A stretch of DNA of 64,000 nucleotides from Perna viridis (lineage: Eukaryota), in NCBI GenBank assembly GCA_037379345.1, contig CM074512.1:44144001-44208000 (forward strand), given 5' to 3'. Both the position numbers and the translations under genes were made by a program. Shown here piece by piece: positions 49,137 through 59,948 of the stretch. A model generated the notes under the pieces. That model was not told where the DNA came from. It ran no database searches and saw only the letters and a program-made list of their open reading frames with translations. Numbering within the stretch: the first letter of the stretch is position 1; every line of letters starts with the position of its first letter.

Positions 49137-50779
49137 AAAAAAAATACTAAATAAATTGCTTGGTCGAACGGCCACAAAATATAACCCATTACTAACGAGA
49201 CAATATTTCAGCAATATTCATCTTTGTAATTGCTTATTTAAAGCCTAAACCAATAAAAAAACTTATCAGAGAATATAATAAGCACTCGAATGGTGTGGGA
49301 AAAAAGAAGATACATTCCTCTTCCATATTAATTGATCCCCCATTCTCTTAAAAAGCCAGTGGTATAAAATACAAATTGTAGAATTTAGTTGGTACCAAAA
49401 GTATAAATTTGTTAAGAAGGTGTGATAATAGCGAGAATATTATTCATGTTTTCTCCTCTTTGACTACACACCAAAAGGCCGAAAAAATCAAAATGTAACA
49501 CATACCACTAAATGTTGATTTAATTTTTTGTTTTTAATATAAAATCAACATGTTGATTGCATTAATCAATCATATGTTTTACGCAATCGATTACTTCACC
49601 CTTGACCATCTGTGGTGAACACCCTTGATTAGGATATATTGAGTAATATAGGCACTCCAAAGTGATTAAGAAAAACAATGACAGCATACTTCACTTTAAT
49701 CAATAAAATGTACAGGTAAATTTAATTACTATTAAAGTTAAATTATTAATTTTCGATTTGTTTAGCAGAGCATATGAGTAGGTCTAGAGGAATCTCAACT
49801 TAAAACAACAAAGTCGGAATATATACGATGTTAGTATTACTCCAGAATTCAAATGTGCAATATTCACAACTTAGTGCTTTAACGAACCTGAAAAATACTC
49901 GATATTTCACAGAGAAGAGAAGATATTCAGAAATACTTATCGAATACGTAGATTATACAAGGTAAATTTACGAGTCACTTAGAAATTTAAAATCAGTTAC
50001 AAAATTACCATTAACTAAATATTTAATGGCAAAATATTTTAAGTAAATGAATACAAATATAGAATGGATTGCTCAACTGAGCGGAATGTAAACTTACTTT
50101 GAAATTTAATCTTTTTAATCTAGTGGTATTTAAAAGTGAAATGTACAAACATTTTGTTAGACTCTTCGTTATACACAAAAATCGATCTACCATTTTTATG
50201 AATGAAATCCAAAAATATTTTTAACTAGTTTTCTCAAGTAAACTTCCGTGATTTTCTGATAAGTTTCCTTTTGCTTAAAAGCGAAAACGGTTAGAATAGG
50301 ACTTGAACCAATTGTTTCTTTCTACAAGCAAATTTGACTGACGTACCTGTCTACAAAGGAAAAATACGTCACCGTGTAAAGTGACAGTTATTTGCGCAAG
50401 CGCCACATTCTGTGTTAAAGTTAAGGTACCTCCCCCTTGCACCAATGAAAACGAGACGTTAAGCTTTCCACATGTGTCGAAATTATCAGTGATTAAAAAG
50501 TATTTTTTGCTAATCCATAAGAACTTGTAAATCAATGAGCATTGTTGAGAAAGGAACTTGTATATTTACCAATGTGATTTAGTAGATGAATTACTGCTAG
50601 GAATACCCAGTGTACTATTTGTAGGAAAATTATGATATTTTTGCAACAACCGTAAAAGAGTAGCGGTTTCTAATTACGAACAAATTGTATTCGATTATAT
50701 TGTCGATGGATGTCAATGGAACAATGAATAACGTCTAGTTAAATAGTTTTGTAACGGGATTTAAGTGTGTTAAAGTTTG

Positions 50780-50902
50780 ATATTTTTGAGCGGAGGAGTT
50801 AATTATCTCGGAATATTTATAACAATGTGAACTATGCCACCGCATGTGGATTTTAACCACGACCTACAAATGGACGGGCTAGAGGTCTTCCAAATCGGAC
50901 GT
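50780..50902 (+). other. Candidate 5' UTR exon of BMP2/4 (start uncertain)
   Basis: The acceptor 11 nt before the BMP ATG requires an upstream exon. A consensus donor |gtaagt at 50903-50908 ends a GC-richer segment 3.4 kb upstream. Confidence 0.4.
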
Positions 50903-53900
50903 GTAAGTAATATATTCGTTGTCTCTCGTAACTTGATTAGAATACTCAGGGTCATGTAAATTCAGAATTTTACTACACTCTGTATACAACTAGGGTCATA
51001 CAAAAGAGCATGTAAATAACGAATGTATTAGACGCGGACTGTGTGTGGTTACTAGAAACAGACGAACTTTAGGCACGTAGGATCAAGGGTTAAACGTCAC
51101 AGAAGTCGAGTTTCTTTTGCTCTTTATTGACCCCACTTTATTTTACATGTTTAAAATGGGGTCACATTTCGCATTTGCTGAATGCAGTTAAGATTATTGA
51201 AGGGGAATGTGGGCTTACAGCACTGGAATTCTTATGCGAGACAAGTTAGCTATCATAGTTTATCCTACACGGGGAATTAGCTTCGAAATATGTTTTATCC
51301 CATGGAATGAGAGCTTTAATAGACACAGTCGGACACATAAGCGTTTTGATACTGAACTAAAACCGTTAAATGAACGGAGCAGTAGGCTAAATGTAAACTA
51401 TGCAAGCCTACACCACCTGATAAAAAAAGATTTAATATTCAGGTATATTTATTCTCAGTGATGAAAGAGAAATTAAGCATCCATTTATAATAGGCGGTAT
51501 TGTATGCATTTTTAAATGGCGGTCACCTGTGGTTTTCACATCAGCGAGATTTCCTTTTAGAAAACTTAAGGATTTGCGAAAATAAAATAGAACATTAAAC
51601 TTGATCCTTTACAACGTTAAATCGAGTTTGATTGATGAACTCGTAAAATATTCGATTCTTTATAAGACTAAAAGCACAACATAAAAGTTTTAAAACATGT
51701 CTGTTTGAAAACGGGTCTCTTTTTGTAAAATTGACTGTCAGCATAATACAAAACAATTTGAATAGTTTTTAAAAGATCCGGACAAATCTCTTCTTTATCA
51801 ACACAATCACAAGAGGGAAATAACAATTTAGTCTTTTCACAAATTTTATCTTTAATTGTGTGCAATAAAATTGAAAAATGACAGGCATTACTTGTAAGTG
51901 ACTATTCTTTGAAAAATTTTAATGGGAGCAAAAATTTAAACATATTTTATGAATGATGAATTTTTGACTAATAAAATAAAATATACATTTTCTGTCATTA
52001 AGATTATACTTGGTCTAGTACAAAGATGTACAAGTTAGCCTTGAGGAAATAAATCATTCTCCGAGGCCAATCCATCAACAGACTACCAATAAAACCACGT
52101 CTTGTTGATTTTCTACATATTTTTTCAATCTTGTAGTGTCCTTTTTATCTAGTGTAAAAATCTTTCTGGGTAATCGAACGGATCCCCTTTTCATTCATCT
52201 TTTTTAACGACATCTTGTATTTTTATCTGATTTCTGTTGTTTAGACACCTGTAGGCCTAACTTTGTTATATTAATTACTTCAAACAAGCATATCAATTAT
52301 ATGAACGTAAAACTTTAAGTTACAGCATATGTTTTTCATGTAAATATTGAAGGTAAAGGAAGAGAGACACTGAATTCGTGGTACCGAGTGTCACCCTTTA
52401 AAAGATAACAGACTTCAATTGTAAAAGAGTTGTATATTCTTTCAATTAGAATAAAATGCAAATATTTGCCAAAGTTTGATGTTATTTCTAAATGTTTGGA
52501 CGTAAAAATCAGATGGATGGTATTTTAACCACAATATCGAACGCAACACTAAGAATTTTTCGAGTACACCCAAATGATTAACCGAGTGATTTGATAGATT
52601 TGTTCAGTATTTGATGTAAGGAATGACTTGTGAAGTTTAAAAGGTTCAATCTTGACTAGATTTGTTAAGTCTGTTGTTTCTAATCTTTGATAAAGCGCTT
52701 TCAACAGAAGTGAACCTTTTGGTTTATCTGAATACAGTGTTAACAACGTTATCACTATTCTAAATTACAATGTAATTCTTTTACTCGTTTATTGTCGATT
52801 CGAGGATCGGTGTTAAAACGAAGCTCTCTAACATTCCCAGATAATAAACTGATATCTCTCTTACGGGAAAAGTAAACTTCTGCCAATAGAGATCGTTTTG
52901 TCCTTTTAAAATAATCAAATTTATTAGATTCGTAGGAATTTGAGAAACTTTCTATACAAGACATTACCCTGCCTTCTTCGCTTATGGCTAGGTTAGAGAT
53001 TCTTACTGATTTTTATCTAATTTATCACTCTTGTTTATAAAATTTATTTACCCCCTTGTCCAGAAGACCTATCTAGACGACCTTTCCGATTGATTATTCA
53101 CCCATTTATTTTCATTTCAAACTCAGACAGTTTGTATGGTTTCATCTGTGTTTACATTCGTAAGAATGCTTTTGTTGATTATTAAAAGAAAAAAACTTAC
53201 TCACACAGCTATATACTCAACCTGTTAGACTTTAATCTCATTTCTGTTTTGAAGGATGTTAAACGAAGAAGGAACAAATCTATAATTCAAACATAATTTT
53301 GCGCATTTTTTTGCATCATATTTCTTCTGAAATGTACATACTAACTTCCGGTGACAGATTTTTCGTATCTTTATTTTTGTAGTTAATTCCTAATTATATA
53401 TATACTAAACAATAGTTCAAATGCTTAATTCCAGTGTCTATTTCTGGGTTTTACGCGTGGCTGTTGGTTATGACGATTCTCGGCTGTTCAGTACTGGAGC
53501 TAATTCATACAACACGTTTTGACATTTTTGCTTAATTTAACAATACGGATCAGCATTGTGCTTCATACTTCAATCTTCAAAGAATAAGAAGTGCACTTTT
53601 TGAACCGTATTGCTAGTTAATGCGTTTCGGTTTACAAACTATAGCGTGCTTACCAGTCGTTAGCGTATTTTCTTACACCGTGAACAGCTTTAATGGGAAC
53701 TCTTGAACCAAATACTACAAATCGCCTCCATCGTTTATTCTAATAGTAACCTTTTCGCGATAGTCGTAATTCTTTAATATAATATTTAAGAAAGATACCT
53801 CGCAGTCAGTTGTCTGTGCACTCCTACCTTCTACAGACGATCAAGGGAATAATTCAAATTCTAATGAAATATGATTATGGACATTTTGAAGGGAAACAAA

Positions 53901-54288
53901 ACCAAGGTCGTGCCTATTATGGTGACAAATAGACTTGAGGTACGCTCGTCAGCGCTGATACGTGTCAACCAGGCGGTGTGTAAAATTTGATGTTGTCATC
54001 TATAAATCTGAAAGATGTGTGGTTGTAGGTGGCAAAAAACAAACCCATATTATTTCCAAATAATATCCGATAGCCTCATCAAACTAAGATGTCAAAAACG
54101 GAACCAACAATTGTTGAATTATATTTACGTCGTCACCATACTTGATGATGTTGATTGTTCAATGATTTTTTTTATATTTTTAATGATTGTTCATGTGATT
54201 ACTGATAGTATCTTTGTAGTTATGTACCAAACTCCCTTTTTATTTTTATGTATACATAATTTTTTTTTATCTTTCAGGCAATTTCATC

Positions 54289-54619
54289 ATGATTTGCGGA
54301 TTCTGGACTTTTTTGTTCCTTGCTTGTGTTTTGGTAAAAGGGATTGTCACAGCTGATTCAATAGATACTGGAAACTCACTTCTAGACAAAGCCTTATCGA
54401 ACTATAATGATAAGGAAAAGCAAAACATTATCCAGAACTTTGAATCTAAGTTGCTACAAATCTTCGGACTAAAACGTCGACCAAAGCCAAGTGCAAATAT
54501 CAAAATACCTCAGCATATGCTAGACTTGTATAACCTTCATAACTCAGACTCGCCAAGTTTTTTGTTTGCCAACAGTAAAGCCGGAAGTGCTAATACAGTC
54601 AGGAGCCATTTGCATACAG
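54289..54619 (+). CDS. BMP2/4: BMP2/4 (dpp)-family preproprotein, coding exon 1: signal peptide and N-terminal prodomain
   Basis: Acceptor ctttcag ends at 54277, followed by 11 nt of UTR and the ATG. Hydrophobic signal MICGFWTFLFLACVLVKGIVTA; BMP2/4 prodomain motifs FESKLLQIFGLKRRPKP, IPQHMLDLY, ANTVRSH; phase-1 donor ACAG|gtttgt at 54620. Confidence 0.95.
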
Positions 54620-55132
54620 GTTTGTTGATGCTTTAAATATACTTAAATTTTCATAATTTTGTTGCGAGTTAGTTTTAGTGGTATTTGTTATTTTTTAACA
54701 TATACGCATTATTGAACATCTGAATATGACCAATACTGACACCACTTTTTTATCCCTAGTTTCCCTTCCAAAATGACCACACCATTATTAATTAGATCAA
54801 AAGAAATTTGGAACAATATTGACAACCGTTTTCATCTTGAAATATTGTAAAACTACACGGAATCGGACTTGATAATTATGCACCCGTATTTGAAAGCAAG
54901 AGGCATTTGAAGAAGTTATATCAATTATGTATGATTGTAGGAGTTTTGTAGTCAATGGAGTATCATTTTATTATTAAATAAATTATATTGATTACGACTT
55001 CTACTCTTTGACAAACAGAGAAAGAGACAAATCAATACAGTAACAAATTAGACAACCATGAATAAACACTAGAACGAGTAAAAATTATCATGTACTTTAA
55101 TGCTTAAAACTAACAATAATTTTTTTTTCTAG

Positions 55133-56022
55133 AACGCAAAGGGTCCGGTTCCTGTGATGAGGACAATTGTGTCACTATGTTATTTGATGTTTCAACTATA
55201 CCAGAAGAAGAGTTGTTAACTGCTGCTGAACTCCGTGTATATCTTGATAAATATAGTGCTAGTTCTAATAATATAACGAAGAGAAAAATTCACAGACACA
55301 GGGTTGAAGTGCATGAAATTATGCAGCCAGGAAATGCAAATTCAGAAGCAGTTACGAGGTTAATAGACGTTAAACATGTGCGAGCAAAGAATGCCACGTG
55401 GGTACCGTTAGACATTCATCCCGCAGTATTAAAATGGCGGAAAACGCCTAAACTGAATCATGGTATTGAAGTGCGAGTTTCCTCTAGTAAACTGTCTCCG
55501 TCTTTTTCTAATTTTAAACATGTACGGTTACGGAGGTCAGCTTCTATAGAAGAGTCAAAGTGGCATTCACAAAGACCTATTCTAGTGACTTACACAGACG
55601 ATCAAGTGCAAAGTCGGACTAAACGTGCAGCTAATAAAAAGAGAAATAAAAAGAAGAAAAATAAGAGACGAAAAAATAGAAGAAAAAAGAAAAAGAAGAA
55701 ATTTACAAAAGCATGTAGTAGAAAACCTTTATATGTAGATTTTGATAAAGTTGGGTGGAATGATTGGATCGTGGCGCCCTCAGGTTATCACGCTTTTTAT
55801 TGTGACGGCGAATGCCGATGGCCATATGACGATCATCTAAACGCGACAAATCATGCGATAGTGCAAGACTTGATGAATTCTATACACCCGCGGTCTGTGC
55901 CTAGACCATGTTGTGTACCTACAGAACTTAAACCTATTTCTTTACTTTATATCGACGAATATGAAAAGGTTGTACTAAAAGCATACCAAGACATGATTGT
56001 CGAAGGATGCGGATGTCGGTGA
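55133..56022 (+). CDS. BMP2/4: BMP2/4 (dpp)-family preproprotein, coding exon 2: prodomain, furin sites and mature cystine-knot ligand
   Basis: Branch-point-like ctaac at 55110, polypyrimidine tract and ag ending at 55132; the phase-1 join gives [10 protein letters not shown].... Motifs: LTAAELR, RLID, RPILVTY; furin sites RLRR and RTKR; 7-Cys TGF-beta domain ([52 protein letters not shown]). Spliced CDS is 1221 nt, 406 aa. Confidence 0.97.
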
Positions 56023-56066
56023 CAAAGGGAGGTGACTCTTCTTGTTGTTATTTGTTGTTAATGTGA

Positions 56067-56274
56067 TATTTATTTATTTGTATGAAATGTTATTGCTGTG
56101 TGTGCGTGTGTTATGAGCGTATTGTTCAGATATGAGTGACAGGATGAGAAAATGGGCATATTCGAGAGTGAAGGAGAGTGGGCTAGTCGTTATAGTCCTA
56201 AAAGAGTAGAAAAAGACTACAAAACATAATTGAACATTGGTGCTGTCATTTTTAACCTCTTGCATTTCAATAAA
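56067..56274 (+). promoter_or_regulatory. BMP2/4 3' UTR: AU-rich element and candidate poly(A) signal
   Basis: Overlapping ATTTA pentamers (tatttatttattt) at 56067-56079; AATAAA at 56269-56274. Confidence 0.5.
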
Positions 56275-59270
56275 CACTTGTAGTTCATTCATTTCCATTC
56301 AAACTCATCTAGTTATAGTTCTATAGCTCTAACGCCTTTCCAATGTTGCATCAATGAAATGTGTTTCAGCCCCCCCCCCATTTTTACAAAAAATCAAACT
56401 AGTAGTCTTTTGAGTAGTTGGTATATAAGGCATGTGTTTATGAATGTGTTTGATAGAGCAGAGAGTGCCCTGGAGTTTTTGTACATACAATGTTGTAAAA
56501 TAAGAAATTTTGTAATGGTACCATAAAAATGTGAAACCATTTCAAGTGTTTGTGTTATGTCTCCATTAAATCTTCAGAAATCAATAAGTGTGCACATGGT
56601 CTATTCATATTTTTAAATGATGTCAATTTGTTGAATTGGTAAACGGCGGATAAATACTTTTCACATACAGATTCGTTGTTCCACACCAAAGATTTCATTT
56701 TGCCGATGTAATTAACATCCCCCAGTGCCTGATTTATGCTTCATGTATGATGTCTTTATTTCGATCTGCATTGATATTGGCTTTGGACATGGGAGAATAA
56801 CTCTGTGACTTAAGAACGAGGTTTATTTGGGTATACAACGCTTCTATTTTAAGTGCGACGGTCATAAATCAGCGGCGATCCAAACAAGCCATACAAGCAT
56901 GTAAACACGATGGTAAGATCGGAAATACAGACAAGGACATACCTGCGATTTTACCAAAGGCAAACATGTTCGATCTGAAAGATATACACTTTATATCTTG
57001 AACATGGACTACTAAAGAGAAAACCAGGAGTTCACAAAGGAGAAACATTTAATTGTTTTAAAGGATCAAGCACAAATACGACGGCAGGGTATTTGTTTGT
57101 TTTTACCTTCGACCACTGGTGCCAGTTTGAAACCACAACGAGGTTGGATGTGCTCTAATGGAAAAAATATAATTAATTGGTAAAGAGGATCAACCACTAT
57201 AAACTTACAACAGAGCTTTTGTTTTTGTTTCAATTTATACATATGTACGGTTACTGGTGCCAGTTTCAAACCACAAACTTAGATCTGGTACAGTAAATCC
57301 TCTTATTAAAGGATCAGTATATAAAATAGGCGGACCATGAGTTAAACTACTTAATTTGTTGCGTCGTAAGGCCACAAAAAGTCACGTTGAATTAAGACTT
57401 GTTATAGTGTCGATCCAACAATACACAAGTATCATCGACACAACATCTTTACCTAACATGGTGTTGTTAAACTTCCGTCTTAAACTGGATCTAAAAGCAG
57501 ATGGACAGCCAAACATATACGTAAGACCTTACGATGCATGAGAAGGGGACGCATTTATCTCAGTTTGCGGGTATCATGGTTTTTAGTTCACAAGGAAAGC
57601 CAGAGCGGAAATGGTTCCCCTTTAGGATAAATAATGTATTGTCATTGGCCTAAATTAAGAATCAATGGGTAGAAAATATGCATGCTCTGGATACTAGGAT
57701 CAGTTTAAGGCCTTTAAAAACTTATTTCACGTTGTGCATTTTTACTTTGAAAATGAAGGTGATTACTCCCCAGTCCGATGGCTTTTCCGTTTGGTGTTTT
57801 CTTAACATTACTATGAATCAGTGTTTTTCTTTCCCACATTTATTTGATATATGCTTTTTGAGATCAGAAATTAAAAAATAAAGACAAATGTCAGACAAAA
57901 GTTGGCATATTTATATCTGAAAAGCTAGACATCCAAGGAATTGTATGGAGAAAATGTCCAAGATATGTATCCACGGTGCAAGTCAAACCTCCTTCTTTCT
58001 CTCTTCTATAACACATCGTTCAGTTATACAAAGTAACGCGTGAAAATCCCCCTGGTTAAAAATTAAAACTACAAAAAAAGATGAAAACAAAATATAAGAA
58101 ATACCCTAAGAAACACAAATCTTAAGCATTTATCGTTTTCCATCTTGTACGTTACTTGTCCGAGTTTAGTGTCGTTTACTCTTTAAAATAGTCAAACAAT
58201 CCTTGACTCTGTACAGGATTCTCTGATTTTATTCATCTGCCGCATCATCATATGTTGCTGGTATGATGTCTATATTACAATGATAGATGTAGAAGAATGT
58301 GACATTTGTACAGAGCCTTTTCAAACAAGTAAAATATGACATTCCAAAGTTGACATTATTCAAGTAATAACCTAAAGGAGCCAATAAAAAGAATTTTAAC
58401 TATTAACTATTGCAAATTGAACAAAAAGTCAATGACTATCATTTCAAGTATTAGGTACCACCTGCCGAGGTACAACCAGTGTAAAACTTTTTCCAGAAAC
58501 CTGTTTAAGACCTTGTTTTCACAAGATTTTTATCTCATTCACCAAGTTTGTCAAAAATGATTTGTGAAGTTTTCACTCTTATGACCAACTCGATGAAAGA
58601 AGGTGTGTTCTTGATAAAAAAAATCTTAATTCATTTTATGGTAAAGTGGAATTTTAAAGTCATGTTGTACTATTAGCAAATTAATTTTGAAAATGATTTT
58701 TGACATGATTTGTTGAATAGTTACACGGAGGACCTTTTAATACACTTTTAGGTTTAAGTGTCATTCTGTGATTGAGTAGAAAGTTTAGCAGGTGGCTAAA
58801 TGAAGGTTACAAAAATGAAAAATAACACGTTTTGGCTTCAGGGGGCCGCCTTGGACCTTATTCCACAAATATTTCCAATGTCTCTTTTTAAATCTGACTT
58901 GAATTTAAGAAAATTTTGCAATAATATGATTCTCCTTTTCGTCAGGTTTATTGTATGCAGTCCCTAACTTAAGAATGTTTTGGGTACTTAATAATGATAA
59001 ATTTGGTACTACAGAAATTATATTGCATTTGAAAGTTTAAATCGTTAAAAAATGTTACAAAACGTATGAAAGCATACGTTTATAGCGGATTTTGAAAAAA
59101 AATGTGTTTGTGCGTATGAAATTCGTGAAAACATCACCCCAAAAAAATCAAAGAAAAAGCACATTACTTTTACATATAAAAACACTATGGAAAACCTTAT
59201 GATTTTTATATACACAGCATGTATTTTAGTCCGAAGCATATGTAGTACATATAAACAGCTTGTATTGATG

Positions 59271-59948
59271 ATCTACCTAAAAGAATTTGAGATAAATGAT
59301 ACTACAGACACTGTGAAGTCAGTCTCATATCTTGACCTACACTTAGTTATCGATGGTTAAGGAAACCTACTGACCAAACTCTACGCGTTTGACTTTTCAT
59401 TCAGAATTGTTAACTTTCCTTTCATCTGTGGCAAGATCCCTCCAGCACCTGCGTATGGAGTTTTCATATCACAACTCATACGTTATGCCAGAACTTGCCG
59501 TAGCTACGCATACTTTTCGTATCGCGATAGACTTCTTACAATTAGGCTTCTGGAACAGGTTATGTTGCTACAAGATTGAAGTCATCATCACTACAGAAGT
59601 GTTATGGTCGCCATCATAAACTCGTGTATCGGTACGGTGTATCCATCTGCACCATGAAAGCTGATTTGTTCAATGTGTCATAGTTTTCTTTTTCTCTTTC
59701 CTCTACCCCTGACTTGACTTTTTATGAGCAACTCGGCGGGAGTTTTTAGAAAAGCAGAGGACGCTTACCCCTGCCGTTGCACCTGGTCCATGCTCCCAGT
59801 TTTTTGTGGAGTCCGAGCTGCTCATTTACTTTTTTACATTTTAATTACTTTGTTCTTTGTCGTATTTATCTGTTTTCCATGCCTGGTCTTTGTCCGTGGA
59901 TTACATTCTTTTGATTTCCGCTAGAATCTTGGTTCCTTTGATTACTCT
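59271..59948 (+). mobile_element. 5'-truncated, degenerate Penelope-like retroelement (C-terminal RT region plus 3' UTR)
   Basis: Translation IYLKEFEINDTTDTVKSVSYLDLHLVIDG*GNLLTKLY..DFSFRIVNFPFICGKIPPAPAYGVFISQLIRYARTC...LLEQ/(frameshift)GYVATRLKSS.LQKCYGRHHKLVYRYGVS...DLFNVS*, stop at 59681-59683. This resembles the PLE RT thumb region (SYLDL, KLY, PAYGV.ISQLIRY). No C-terminal GIY-YIG domain follows, consistent with permuted-domain (Naiad-type) PLEs. Confidence 0.85.

Noticed and set aside
49543-49558. 16 bp perfect palindrome aatcaacatgttgatt
   Set aside because: AT-rich, single, and with no supporting context.
163-53000. Dozens of 60-135 aa ORFs in the supplied track
   Set aside because: They are F/L/I/K-rich translations of AT-rich DNA with no domain signatures, and many begin at non-ATG codons. 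The real WD40 exons are in other frames; for example 3384..3569 and 20933..21148 only overlap them.
59389-59619. 76 aa ORF in the track
   Set aside because: It is an out-of-frame reading of the degenerate RT.
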